From a bacterium (GTDB lineage: Bacteria > RBG-13-61-14 > DATKZS01), in assembly GCA_963674965.2 (NCBI GenBank), contig CAXXFL010000001.1, forward strand, positions 896,001 to 960,000: DNA of 64,000 nt, written 5' to 3'. Within the stretch, counting starts at the first letter, position 1; each line of letters opens with the position of its first letter. This document shows positions 52,933 through 63,320 of this stretch, one piece after another. Below the pieces are notes generated by a model. That model ran no database searches. It was not told the origin of the DNA and was given only the letters and a program-made list of their open reading frames with translations. A program made the position numbers and the translations under genes.

Positions 52933-54123
52933 TTACAAATAGTATCTCACCCAGGCGTAATATGTTAAATCCGGTACAAGGCCGATCGCGTCCTGGTCTG
53001 GGTGGGGCATGAACTCGCCGCCCTCCGGGCCGATGGGTATATTCGCGCCCGCCGTTACGCGAAACTTGCCCAGAGTGACCGTAAGATATGGGGACGCCAT
53101 GGCCGTCTGGTCGTCCAGGTTATAGATGGCGTTGATCGTGCCGCTTATCTCGGAGTTCCAACTGAGGGTGGCCATCAGGTTGGCGTAATGCGTGGCCAGG
53201 GTCGAGCGCTTGCCCGCTTGCATCTCGTCCCATTTGTAATCTTCTCTTTTGCTATCCCCGGTCTGGTCGTAATAGTATTGGGCCGCTATATACAGGCCGT
53301 CCCTCACCTGGAAGGAATAATCCACCCCGGCCACGGCCTGGTAATAAGGATCGTAATCCCTGTTTTTGGGCGCGAACATGGCCGCTTCCACCCAGTAGCC
53401 GATGACGGCCGTTCCCTTCACGTCCACCCCCCAGGCTAGCAGGTCGTTGGCCGCGTCGTCCATCCAAACCACGGACATGTCAGCGCCCCACCTGGCAAGC
53501 GACGCCCGGGCCGCGTAGCGGTTGTCGCTGAAAACCGTGTCCCCCGTCGAGGCCGCCACCGTGAGCCGGAAGTCCTCGGGCAGGGGCACGTAAACCTTGA
53601 CGGCGTTGATGCCCTTGCGCTCGGCCCAGTAGTCGGTGAGATAGACCTCCTTGAACATGTCGGTGGGGTTCCATATCAGGGCCGAGCCCCAGTTTATCGC
53701 CTGCCTGCCCAGCCGAATCCGGGCGGGTCCGGCGTCGAGGTCGAGGTAGAGCCTTTCGACGTTGAGGTAATCGTCGGTTTCCATGAGGTCTGAATTTTGC
53801 CCGTCGTACTGGATGAAATGAATCTCCGGAGTAACGGTGAGAGAAATTTTTCCATCCTCGCCAATCTCCTCGACCAAGGTCGGCCGAAAACGTTCGTAAG
53901 TAATATACTCAGGGAACGGTACCGGCGCCATCTCCTTTACTTCTTCGGGAAGGGCCAATGGCATCTCAGGTCCAAGTCCCTCGATCCGGATCAGCCTTGC
54001 CTCGATGTACCCATAGATTTCAGCGTGAGCCACCGATGAAAACAAGCAAAACAAAAGGAGAGCAAGCGCGAGAAAAATCCGCGTAAATTGCAGCACTGAA
54101 AAGATATTTCTTATGGCTTTCAC
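52933..54123 (-). CDS. Putative outer-membrane beta-barrel protein
   Basis: Signal peptide AHA; RLYLD...RLGRQAINWG...WNPTD; terminal WVRYYL. Confidence 0.7.
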   Translation of the reverse strand: MKAIRNIFSVLQFTRIFLALALLLFCLFSSVAHAEIYGYIEARLIRIEGLGPEMPLALPEEVKEMAPVPFPEYITYERFRPTLVEEIGEDGKISLTVTPEIHFIQYDGQNSDLMETDDYLNVERLYLDLDAGPARIRLGRQAINWGSALIWNPTDMFKEVYLTDYWAERKGINAVKVYVPLPEDFRLTVAASTGDTVFSDNRYAARASLARWGADMSVVWMDDAANDLLAWGVDVKGTAVIGYWVEAAMFAPKNRDYDPYYQAVAGVDYSFQVRDGLYIAAQYYYDQTGDSKREDYKWDEMQAGKRSTLATHYANLMATLSWNSEISGTINAIYNLDDQTAMASPYLTVTLGKFRVTAGANIPIGPEGGEFMPHPDQDAIGLVPDLTYYAWVRYYL

Positions 54124-54141
54124 GGCTCGTCCCCCATTTTA

Positions 54142-54855
54142 TTACCTGGCGTCCCGATACTCTTCCCAAAGTTTCATCATGGTCGATTCGATAGATCCCT
54201 TGGGCGCGCCGATCATCCTCTCGATGGCGTCGGACCAGAGCCGGTATTTCCTCTCGATGATTTCCTCTTCCTTTTTACCCAGTTCTTTGGCAAAGATATA
54301 GGGCGCCACGCTTTCGTTAATATCCCTGGCCATAAGCATAATCAGTTCGGCCGCTTCCTCGGGGTACTCGGTGTCGAAGACTCTCTCCTCGACCCCTTGC
54401 CGGATTATGTCCGTCAGGATGGGCGTGAATATCCTTATCGACCTGGTGACGAGCTTCTGGCGAAGCAGGAGGTTGGACTCTGAATAAATGGCTTTACCTA
54501 TTATATTTAAATACTTTTTGTTTGCGACCTTGGCGCCGCCCGACACGGTGAAGAGGCGGCTTAGCTTGTCCAGGGCGTTCATCCCCGGCTGGTCGATGGA
54601 CTTCCGAACGTGGCCGGTGATGAGGTCGGTCATCTTTCCCACCATGCTTTCGAGCAGTTCCTCCTTGGAACGGAAATAGTGGTAGAAGGTGCCCTTGGCG
54701 ATGCCGACCCTTTTCAGCACGTCGTTGACCGAGGTTTTTTCATATCCTTTATTGGCGAACAGCTCCTTTGCCGCCTCCATGATCTCGTCTTTTCTTTCCT
54801 CGTGTTTTTTGAAGACCCTTTTATTCAAGTTTCCGTCTCTTTCTTTCTGGACCAC
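54142..54855 (-). CDS. TetR/AcrR regulator (start uncertain, possibly TTG 54828)
   Basis: AAKELFANKGYEKTSV...GIAKGTFYHYFRSKEEL. Confidence 0.92.
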   Translation of the reverse strand: MVQKERDGNLNKRVFKKHEERKDEIMEAAKELFANKGYEKTSVNDVLKRVGIAKGTFYHYFRSKEELLESMVGKMTDLITGHVRKSIDQPGMNALDKLSRLFTVSGGAKVANKKYLNIIGKAIYSESNLLLRQKLVTRSIRIFTPILTDIIRQGVEERVFDTEYPEEAAELIMLMARDINESVAPYIFAKELGKKEEEIIERKYRLWSDAIERMIGAPKGSIESTMMKLWEEYRDAR

Positions 54856-54862
54856 AGGTCTA

Positions 54863-54912
54863 GACCGACCGTCGGTCCAATATAGAATAGGCCATATCTA
54901 TTATTTCGTCAA
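54863..54912 (-). promoter_or_regulatory. sigma70 promoter with TetR-type palindromic operator at the start site
   Basis: TTGACG(54912-54907)-17 bp-TATTCT(54889-54884); perfect GACCGAC-C-GTCGGTC at 54863-54877. Confidence 0.7.
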
Positions 54913-55369
54913 GAGGTTTTTTGAAAATCGAAACAAAAAATGAAAGAACGCGGAACGAGGTCGGACTAGCCGGTTTTTTTAAAACAATCTGGGATCCGAC
55001 AAGATGGATTGGTGGACGGCAATAAACTCTCGCGATTCAATTTGGGAAAAACCATAATGCCGACTCGATTTTCGCCAACGGGTCCGTCCCCGGCATCGCC
55101 TATATATTGGCTTCCTTTCCGAGCTTCTTGCAAAAAGATTTCAAACTGCCTTGGCCGTGACCTCCACTGGAAGCTCCACGCTTGTTTTCTATCGAGAGGT
55201 CACGATTTCAAGGTCGTTTTCCTACATGCTCCGCGTTTTCTCCATAATTCGGGCGCACTCGCCCGTCATTTTCCCGACTTCACCGGGTTTTTGCGCCGAT
55301 TCACATCAGCAGATTCAATAATCGCTCCGCCGTCAAAGCCAATATCCCGAACATAAGATGGGCCTCCAC

Positions 55370-55966
55370 TTACTCGTGGCCGCGAACACGCGCGTTGCGC
55401 CCGCCGAAGCTCTCCTTCAACATCGAGAAGCCGCGCTCCGCGGTCGAACGCTCGTCGTAACGACGCTTGGTCGCCGGGGCCATATCGACCTTGTCGCCAC
55501 CGCGTGGATTGTGGTCGATGATCGGGACGTGGCCCAAGGACCTCGAGTGGGCTTTGATCCGATCCGCGTCGTAGGCCGAGTCCATCAGGTCGTAAAGGCT
55601 CGTGACGCGACGGGAACTCAACTCGGCAAAGCTCCGGGAAAAAGTCGACTCGCTGGGAATGGAACGGACCCGCTCCCATCCGCAAATGCGGCGCGGATTG
55701 GGAGTCGTCTCAAGGCGATCCATCAGTTCGCGAGTGGTCGAGTAATTGTAAACCATCTTGGAGACAAAGGCCTTGGCCAAGGCAACCCGGTCCTCGGGAG
55801 GACAGCCCAAACGCCACCAGCGAACCGGAACGAAGTCCTCAATACGGACCATCTCAAGTATTGAAATCAGCTTTTTCCGCTTCTCGGTCAAAGGGTCCAG
55901 TTCTTCCTCGAGAAAAGGAAACAAGGTGGATTGAATATGGCACCATACTTGTGATATCTTATTCAT
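55370..55966 (-). pseudogene. Internally deleted transposase
   Basis: N-terminal LFPFLEEE...AKAFV...RICGWE...PSESTFSRSFAE joins directly to YDLMDSAYD...RSTAER. The first catalytic Asp region is missing and the ORF stops early. Confidence 0.75.
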
Positions 55967-56050
55967 AAGCCGCTCCTGTGGATTAGGTTTTGCTATTCAC
56001 AAAACATTTTACCACGAATAGAGCGGCTTATTTTGTCAAAATTCATTATA

Positions 56051-56236
56051 GAGCCTCTTGCAAAATTCCCGATTTGGAGTGCGGCGGCTCGACGCCGCTT
56101 TTCTTCCGAGCGGCTTGACGCGAGGCAAGCCGGTGTATTAATAGGCCTTGTCAAGCCAAGGCCATCGAAAGCGGTCTCAAGCGACCGCACTCCAAAGCGG
56201 CTATGCCGCAAAGAAAAGGACTTTTGCAAGAGGCTC
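56051..56236. repeat. 186-bp MITE-like element containing a REP-like doublet
   Basis: Perfect 15-bp IR GAGCCTCTTGCAAAA. Nested IRs TTTGGAGTGCGG (56073)/CCGCACTCCAAA (56185) and GGCTTGAC (56112)/GTCAAGCC (56150). Confidence 0.8.
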
Positions 56237-56346
56237 TGCAGTTTACGTTTTAACCGTTCTATAAGTCCCGCACCCGGGTTCCATCCGAATTTTTGACCAG
56301 TAACCCTCCTTAAAACATCAGGAAATAAAATAATCCGATTTTTAAC

Positions 56347-56398
56347 TTGACAATCTCAAACGTTTGTTTAATATCAATGCTTGAAATGAGCGATTCAA
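56347..56398 (+). promoter_or_regulatory. sigma70 promoter with two imperfect palindromes (likely TetR operators)
   Basis: TTGACA-16 bp-TAATAT; TCAAAC-N4-GTTTAA (56356-56371) and TTGAA-N8-TTCAA (56381-56398). Confidence 0.6.
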
Positions 56399-56420
56399 AT
56401 TATTGTTTATCGGGTGATCC

Positions 56421-57062
56421 ATGACGGAAAAAATTTCGGACAAGTCCACCAGCGAGCGCCTTATCGAGGCGGCGGGCGTGCTTTTCGCCCAGAAGGGCTT
56501 CGCCAATACCACGGTAAGGGATATCTGCGACGCGGCCGGGGCCAACGTGGCGGCGGTTAACTATCACTTCGGCGACAAGGAAAAACTCCACGAGGCGGTA
56601 CTGAACTACATCGTTGAAGGTATCAAGACCAAGTTTCCCGTTAATGTGTCCCTTGGATCTGACGATCCGCCAGGGGAAAAGCTTCGTAACATGATAAGGT
56701 TTTTTCTTTTAAGAAGGTTCGATCCCGACCGCCCCGATTGGCAGGGCATCCTTTTAATCGAGCAGTTCATGACGGTCCATCCCAAGCTGGTGGACGTGAT
56801 CAGGGAGGAGAGGGCTGCCAACGTTGACGCCATCAGGATTTTAATAAAGCAAATAGCCGGAAAGGACATTGACGATGAGGCGGTGGACCTTTGCCTGGGA
56901 AGTATAGTCGGACAGTGTCTTTTCTATATCCTGATGCACGCGCCCCATGCTCCCATCCCGGAGGAGGAAAAAATCGAGATGAACCACGAGAATATCGAGA
57001 AGATAACCGACCATATTCTCAATTTCACTCTGGCGGGAATTAAGTCTAAGTGTGAGAAATGA
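56421..57062 (+). CDS. TetR regulator, CecR/YbiH (DUF1956)-like
   Basis: LFAQKGF...TVRDICDAAGANVAAVNYHFGDKE; SIVGQC; HILNFTLAGI. Confidence 0.9.
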   Translation: MTEKISDKSTSERLIEAAGVLFAQKGFANTTVRDICDAAGANVAAVNYHFGDKEKLHEAVLNYIVEGIKTKFPVNVSLGSDDPPGEKLRNMIRFFLLRRFDPDRPDWQGILLIEQFMTVHPKLVDVIREERAANVDAIRILIKQIAGKDIDDEAVDLCLGSIVGQCLFYILMHAPHAPIPEEEKIEMNHENIEKITDHILNFTLAGIKSKCEK

Positions 57063-57185
57063 TAAATCAATTATTTTTCCACTTGCAAATGCCGGCTTTT
57101 ATAATTAGCATGGGTGAACTCTAATTCAATACTTGTATTCAACGTTCAAAATTGCGGGGTCAAACAAATAATCGGGAGCCAGATT

Positions 57186-58679
57186 ATGGGTCGAAAACAA
57201 AAATACTTAAACATTGCGACTAAAATCGCGCTTTGCGGCGCCATCGCGGTACTTGCGGTTTTAAGCTTCTCCTGCGTAAAGAAGAGTAAGCCCACCGTGA
57301 AGGTCCCGGATAAGTTCACCGTAAAAGGGGAAGTGATCGCTCCGGAGAAATGGTGGAAGTCTTTTGACGACCCCAATCTTGACTACCTTATCGATCGCGC
57401 CCAGGCGGACAACCTGGACCTTCTCATGGCCTGGGACAGGATCGACCAGATGACGTCATTGAAAAAACAGGCCGACTCGGGCCTTTTTCCCAACGTTAAC
57501 GCCAGCCTCGGGTCCCAGGAAACCAAGGCCATGTCCTATAACCGTAGCGAGAATACCTATAACTCGGCGGGCGGCGGCGCGGGCGCGGGCATGGGATCGA
57601 GCTTCGGTACCAGCCATTCATTGTCCGTAAGCGCCAGCTATGAGCTCGATCTTTGGGGTCGAGTAAGAAACAGCCGCAAGGCCTCGAAGTCGGACCTTAG
57701 GGCCAGCCGGGAAGACCTTGACGCCATGGCCATTACCATTACTTCCGAGGTGGGCAGGCTCTGGTACGACCTGGTCGAGAAGGACCTCCAGATAAAGATG
57801 CTTGAGGGCCAGAAAAAAATAAACGAGACCTACCTCGAGCTTCTCGAGCTTCGCTTTAACCAGGGCATGTCCGCCGCGTCCGAGGTGCTTCAGCAAAGGC
57901 AGCAGCTCGAGCAGACCATGGGCGAGTTTCCCATGGTAAGAATGTCCAGACAACTTACCGAGTATCAATTGGCCGCCATGCTGGGAGAGCCGCCGGGCGC
58001 CGACCTGGGCGTCAAGAGCGGTTCCCTGCCTGATCTTCCCCCCTTTCCCGAGACCGGCGTCCCCTCGGACCTTCTACTCCGCAGGCCGGACGTCCGGGCC
58101 GCGCGCTACAGGTTGGAAGCCGCCGACTACCGCGTTGCTGAGGCCATAGCCAACCGCTTCCCGACGGTTAGCCTCACCGCAACGGCCAGCGACACCGAGC
58201 CAAGGTTCGAGGACCTCTTTGACGATTGGGTCCTAAACCTGGCCGCCAACCTTACCGCGCCCATCTTCGACGCGGGCAGAAGAAAGCAGGAGGTGGTCAG
58301 GAAAAGGGCCGCCGCCTCTGAAAGTCTGCACAACTTCGAGAAGACCGTGCTTACCGCCTTGGGCGAGGTCGAGAGCGCCATCGTGCAGGAGAGGAGCCAG
58401 TCCGAGTTCGTGGCCAGCGTCGACGAGCAGGTAAAAACGGCACGGATGACCCTCAAGTTCGCCATGGAAAGATACGGCAACGGCGCCACCGATTATCTGC
58501 CCGTGCTCGTGAGCATCCAGACCCTGCAGCGCCTGGAGAGAAGTCAGATCGAATCTAAAAGGGTCCTTATTACTTACAGGATCAATCTATACCGCGCCCT
58601 CGGCGGCGGATGGGTCATCGAGAGAAAGAGCGCCGACGAGAAAACCGTCGCCGACGACAAGGAGAGAGTCGATGAGTAA
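57186..58679 (+). CDS. RND outer-membrane factor lipoprotein (NodT/TolC family)
   Basis: Lipobox-like SFSC; WWKSFDDP, YELDLWG, PSDLLLRRPDV and LYRALGGGW. Confidence 0.93.
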   Translation: MGRKQKYLNIATKIALCGAIAVLAVLSFSCVKKSKPTVKVPDKFTVKGEVIAPEKWWKSFDDPNLDYLIDRAQADNLDLLMAWDRIDQMTSLKKQADSGLFPNVNASLGSQETKAMSYNRSENTYNSAGGGAGAGMGSSFGTSHSLSVSASYELDLWGRVRNSRKASKSDLRASREDLDAMAITITSEVGRLWYDLVEKDLQIKMLEGQKKINETYLELLELRFNQGMSAASEVLQQRQQLEQTMGEFPMVRMSRQLTEYQLAAMLGEPPGADLGVKSGSLPDLPPFPETGVPSDLLLRRPDVRAARYRLEAADYRVAEAIANRFPTVSLTATASDTEPRFEDLFDDWVLNLAANLTAPIFDAGRRKQEVVRKRAAASESLHNFEKTVLTALGEVESAIVQERSQSEFVASVDEQVKTARMTLKFAMERYGNGATDYLPVLVSIQTLQRLERSQIESKRVLITYRINLYRALGGGWVIERKSADEKTVADDKERVDE

Positions 58680-59847
58680 GTTTATCGCCAGGGCGTTGCC
58701 GGCGCTTGGCGTAATAGCGGTGGGCGCGGCTTTGGCCGCCGTCTTGATCGCCATGAAGCCCAAGCCGGAGATGAAGGAAAAAGAGGTCAAATCCGTTCCG
58801 GTACGTTTCATGACCGCCGCTCCCTCCACGCAAAAGATCATGGTCGACGCCAGGGGCACGGTGATCCCGGCCCGCCAGATTAACCTCATGCCCGAGATAA
58901 CGGGAAGGATCGTCGAGCTTAGCCCCAACGTCGTGCCCGGCGGCTACCTCGAGGAAGGCGAGGTCATAGCCCGCGTGGACGACCGCGATTACCAGGCCTC
59001 GGTAAAGCAGGCCCGGGCCATGTTGGCCGAGGCTCAAAGCAGTCTCGAACTCGAGCGGGGAAGACAAAAGGTGGCGCGCAAGGAATGGGAGTTCATGAAG
59101 GAGCACGGCATACGATCGGAATCGGGACCCGACCTCGCCCTTCGCAAGCCTCAGCTCAATAACGCCCAGGCCATGGTGTCCTCAGCCTCGGGGGGCCTTA
59201 CCCAGGCCAAGCTCGCCCTCGAGCGGACGGTTATTAAATCACCCATGAACGCCATCGTTAAAACCGAGAGCGCCGAGGTCGGCCAGCTCGTCTCGCCCCA
59301 AAGTCCACTCGCCACGCTGGTGGGAGCGGATCAATACTGGGTCCAGGTCAGCGTTCCCGTCTCGAGCCTTGCCAAGATCGATCTTCCCGACCGGGAGGGA
59401 AAAGGCGGCTCGAAGGCGATCATTACTCATGACGCGGGCCCCGAGATGAAGGTCACTCGAGAGGGTCGGGTTATCCGGCTTCTTGGAGACCTCGAGCCGG
59501 CGGGAAGAATGGCCCGTCTGATGATCGAAATAGACGACCCACTCGGCCTGGATAAAAAGGCGGAGGACCGAGGGTTCCCTCTTTTAATCGACGCCTACGT
59601 CAAGGTCGAGATCGAGGGCCAAGAAGTAAATGACGTGTTCGTGATACCCCGTACCGCCGTCCACGAGGGCGAGCAGATTTGGATCATGGACTCGAGCGAC
59701 AGGCTGGACGTCCGGGAGCCGGAGATTGTCTGGCGTACGGAAATGGACGTTTTGATCTCAGGCGGACTTGCCGCCGGCGAAAAAGTGGTAACGAGTAATA
59801 TACCCACCCCGGTCCCCGGAATACTTCTTCGAGAGTTCAAGGACTAA
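58672..59847 (+). CDS. RND periplasmic adaptor (membrane fusion protein)
   Basis: TM anchor; PEITGRI, LERTVIKSP, IPRTAV and GLAAGEKVV. Confidence 0.92.
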   Translation: MSKFIARALPALGVIAVGAALAAVLIAMKPKPEMKEKEVKSVPVRFMTAAPSTQKIMVDARGTVIPARQINLMPEITGRIVELSPNVVPGGYLEEGEVIARVDDRDYQASVKQARAMLAEAQSSLELERGRQKVARKEWEFMKEHGIRSESGPDLALRKPQLNNAQAMVSSASGGLTQAKLALERTVIKSPMNAIVKTESAEVGQLVSPQSPLATLVGADQYWVQVSVPVSSLAKIDLPDREGKGGSKAIITHDAGPEMKVTREGRVIRLLGDLEPAGRMARLMIEIDDPLGLDKKAEDRGFPLLIDAYVKVEIEGQEVNDVFVIPRTAVHEGEQIWIMDSSDRLDVREPEIVWRTEMDVLISGGLAAGEKVVTSNIPTPVPGILLREFKD

Positions 59848-59915
59848 GCGGTTACCGATCGCCATAAATAAATTTGGGCCGTTCTATCCAGGACGGCGCT
59901 GAGCGGAGCAATTTA

Positions 59916-62900
59916 ATGACCCTTTCCGAACAAAAAGGATCCATCGCCTGGATGGCCAAGAACCCGGTGGCCGCGAACCTTTTAATGATATTCCTTATGG
60001 TGGGAGGCATTTTAACCTCCTTTACGGTCAAGCAGGAAGTCTTCCCACCCTTCGAGGTCGATACTATTTACGTCTCCGTCCCCTATTTGGGGGCCAGCCC
60101 GGAGGAGGTCGAGAACGGCTTACTGCTCGCCATGGAGGAATCCGTCCGGGACATCGAGGGAATCAAACAGATCAACTCGACGGCTCGGGAGGGCTCGGCC
60201 CTGATGTTCGTTGACCTTCTTTCCGGAACGAACGGCAATAAGGCCCTCCAGGACGTTAAAAACGCCATCGACAGGATCACCAACTGGCCAGAGGAGGCGG
60301 AAAGACCCACCATAAGCCTTATCGTCGCCCGCATGTCGGTTATAACCATCGTTATTTATGGTGACCTGGACGACAAGACCCTGCGCTCTTTGGCCGAGAA
60401 GGCAAGGGATGAGCTCTTGGACCTGCCCGATATTACCAATGTGTCCCTGTCCGGCGTCAGGCCTCTCGAGATAAGCATCGAGATACCGAAGGAAACCCTC
60501 AGAAAATACGGCCTGACCTTAAGCGGCGTGGCCAGGATGGTCAGGGCCGCCTCCGTGGACTACTCGGCCGGCGGCGTCAAGGCCAGGAGCGGAGAAATCC
60601 TGCTTCGAGTAAAAGAAAGAAAAGACTACGGAAGACAATACGCGGATATTCCGATCGTGAGCCGAGTGGACGGGACCGCGGTAAGACTGGGCGAGATAGC
60701 CAATATCAAGGACGGTTTCGAGGAAACGGACGAGTCGGCCTTTTATAACGGCAAGCCCGCCGTTATGATCGAGGTCACCAGGGAGGGCGATCAGACGCCA
60801 ATCGAGGTGGCCGAGGCGGTCTTGAATTATCTTGAAAACGACCTTGGCCCCAATTTGCCCGCCGGCGTTTCCTACGCTACTTTCGATAACCGGGCCGACC
60901 ATTACAGGGACCGGGTGGACCTGCTTTTACGAAACGCCGCCATCGGACTCGCGCTGGTCCTGGTGCTTCTGGGCATGTTCTTGAATCTCCGGCTGGCCTT
61001 CTGGGTGACCCTGGGCATTCCCCTCTCTTTCCTCGGCGCCATATTGTTCATGCCCTCCTGGGACGTGTCCATTAACATGGTTTCCCTGTTCGCCTTTATC
61101 ATGGCCCTGGGAATCGTGGTAGACGACGCCATTGTTATCGGCGAGAACATCTATACTCTACGGCGGCAAGGCATGAACCGGATCGAGGCCGCCATCGTAG
61201 GCGCAAGGGAACTGGCCGTGCCCGTAACCTTCGCCGTGTTGACGAACATTGTGGCCTTCCTTCCCCTTATGTTCGTCGAGGGCGTGATGGGCAAGATTTT
61301 CAAGGTCGTGCCCGCCGTGGTCTGCACCGTGTTCATGCTCTCCCTCGTCGAGGCCCTGTATATTTTGCCGGCCCATATGGGGCACTCGAAAAAAGCTGAA
61401 AACGGAAATAGCGAAGGCAAGGGACTCGAGGCCAGGTTTTCGCGCTTTCAAGGCAGGATAAGCCGAGGCCTTCTGGCTTTTGTCGATAAGTACTATCGCC
61501 CGTTACTAGTCAAGTCCCTTGGAAAAAGGTACGTGACCATCGCGGCCGGCATCGCGATAATCACGACGGTAATAGGATACATCGCGGGCGGCCATATTCC
61601 CCTGACCTTTATGCCCAAGGCTGAGGCCGACATGATATCGGTCGGACTCGAGCTACCCTTCGGCTCCTCAGTCGAGGAAACCAAGAAGGTGCAGGAAAGA
61701 CTGGTGGCCGCGGCCGAGCGAGTGCTCGAGCGCCATGGCGGCAAGAAAATATATGACGGTATTTTTACGCATATTGGGATTTCCCGCTTCCATGACGTGG
61801 GCACCTTTAAGGAGGGTGGACACGCCGCCAACATCCGGATTTTTCTCAAGCCCTCCGACCAAAGAAGCGTCACGGGCGAGCGGCTTTCGCAAGAGTGGCG
61901 CGAGGAGATGGGCGAGATTCCGGGAGTGGAGAAAATCTTCTTCCAGGTGGTCGAGTTGGGCCCTCCCGTTGGAAGCCCGGTGGATATCCAACTAAGCCAC
62001 AGGGACCATTACATACTCGAGGCCGCCTCGGCCGAACTGGCGGAGGGCATCGAGAAATATTCCGCCACCGCCGATATCGACGACGGTTTCGCGCCGGGAA
62101 AACCACAGCTCGATTTCAAGATAAAACCCGTGGCCTATAGCCTGGGCCTGACACCGTCCGAGATAGGCGCGCAGGTAAGGGGCGCCTTCTACGGCGCCGA
62201 GGCCATGCGCCTCCAGCGCGGGAGGGACGAGGTCAAAGTCATGGTGAGGCTGCCGGAAGCGGAAAGAAAAAAGGAGCTGTCCATCGAGAACCTGGTCATA
62301 CGTACGCCCGCCGGGACCGAGGCGCCCCTGGCCGAGGTGGCAAACGTGCAAAGAGGTAGGGCCTACACCGAGATAACCCGCCTCAATGGAAGAAGGACCC
62401 TTAACGTGACCGCCGAGGTCGTGCCGATTACCGAAAAAGGAAACGTGCTCGATTCCATAATGAAAACAGATCTAGCCCGCCTGATGGAAAAGTATCCGGG
62501 TCTGTCCTATACCCTGGGAGGAGAACAGCAGGAGACTGACGACAGCATGAAAAGCCTGATGCGCAACTTCATCATTGCCATGATCGCCATCTTCGTCATG
62601 CTGGGCGTCGAGTTCAGGAGCTATATACAACCGGTAATCATTATGGTGTCCATACCATTCGGCATCGTGGGGGCCGTCGTCGGACATATCATCATGGGGT
62701 TCAACCTCACCATGGTAAGCATGCTGGGCATGACCGCCCTGGCCGGGGTCGTGCTCAACGACTCGCTCGTGCTGATCGACTACGCCAATACCCTGCGCAG
62801 AAGCGGGATGGGAACCATGGACTCCATTGTCGAGGCGGCCGTGAGACGGTTCAGACCCATACTACTTACGACCCTTACCACCTTCTTCGGGCTCATGCCC

Positions 62901-63131
62901 ATGATCCTGGAAAAATCCTTCCAGGCGAGAATCCTCGTGCCCATGGCCATATCCATGGGCTTCGGGATACTTTTTTCCACGGCTATTATTCTTCTTCTCG
63001 TTCCGAGTCTTTACATTTCCCTTGAGGATGTAAAGAATTTGTTCGGGATAAAGAATATCGAGGAGGCCATCAAGGAAGTCAAGGAGGAAAAGGGCGAGTC
63101 GCCAAACCCTGGTCCGAGCAAGAGAAAATAA
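59916..63131 (+). CDS. AcrB/AcrD/AcrF-family RND permease
   Basis: NPVAANLLM, LGIVVDDAIVIGENI, GVVLNDS and RFRPILLTT. Confidence 0.95.
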   Translation: MTLSEQKGSIAWMAKNPVAANLLMIFLMVGGILTSFTVKQEVFPPFEVDTIYVSVPYLGASPEEVENGLLLAMEESVRDIEGIKQINSTAREGSALMFVDLLSGTNGNKALQDVKNAIDRITNWPEEAERPTISLIVARMSVITIVIYGDLDDKTLRSLAEKARDELLDLPDITNVSLSGVRPLEISIEIPKETLRKYGLTLSGVARMVRAASVDYSAGGVKARSGEILLRVKERKDYGRQYADIPIVSRVDGTAVRLGEIANIKDGFEETDESAFYNGKPAVMIEVTREGDQTPIEVAEAVLNYLENDLGPNLPAGVSYATFDNRADHYRDRVDLLLRNAAIGLALVLVLLGMFLNLRLAFWVTLGIPLSFLGAILFMPSWDVSINMVSLFAFIMALGIVVDDAIVIGENIYTLRRQGMNRIEAAIVGARELAVPVTFAVLTNIVAFLPLMFVEGVMGKIFKVVPAVVCTVFMLSLVEALYILPAHMGHSKKAENGNSEGKGLEARFSRFQGRISRGLLAFVDKYYRPLLVKSLGKRYVTIAAGIAIITTVIGYIAGGHIPLTFMPKAEADMISVGLELPFGSSVEETKKVQERLVAAAERVLERHGGKKIYDGIFTHIGISRFHDVGTFKEGGHAANIRIFLKPSDQRSVTGERLSQEWREEMGEIPGVEKIFFQVVELGPPVGSPVDIQLSHRDHYILEAASAELAEGIEKYSATADIDDGFAPGKPQLDFKIKPVAYSLGLTPSEIGAQVRGAFYGAEAMRLQRGRDEVKVMVRLPEAERKKELSIENLVIRTPAGTEAPLAEVANVQRGRAYTEITRLNGRRTLNVTAEVVPITEKGNVLDSIMKTDLARLMEKYPGLSYTLGGEQQETDDSMKSLMRNFIIAMIAIFVMLGVEFRSYIQPVIIMVSIPFGIVGAVVGHIIMGFNLTMVSMLGMTALAGVVLNDSLVLIDYANTLRRSGMGTMDSIVEAAVRRFRPILLTTLTTFFGLMPMILEKSFQARILVPMAISMGFGILFSTAIILLLVPSLYISLEDVKNLFGIKNIEEAIKEVKEEKGESPNPGPSKRK

Positions 63132-63282
63132 ACGGCTAAAAGTTTACCGTTAGTAAAATCATGCCCCAAAGAAGGCATCCGGTAAAAAACTGGGCGTCGA
63201 TAATAACATCAATAATATCAAAGGCTTGATTTGCAAAACGCCCGTTATGTCGATAGATTTTCTTTTTTTTCCCCGTCCTGGT

Positions 63283-63311
63283 TTGACAGCTTAATTATGC
63301 CCGACTAAAAT
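63283..63311 (+). promoter_or_regulatory. sigma70 promoter
   Basis: TTGACA-17 bp-TAAAAT. Confidence 0.7.
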
Positions 63312-63320
63312 ACTTTTTTT

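Larger units (their letters stand above)
55121..56236 (-). mobile_element. Decayed IS (IS5/IS1182-like DDE) with terminal inverted repeats
   Basis: GAGCTTCTTGCAAAA at 55121 and TTTTGCAAGAGGCTC at 56222-56236 enclose a transposase remnant; no clear target duplication. Confidence 0.7.
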
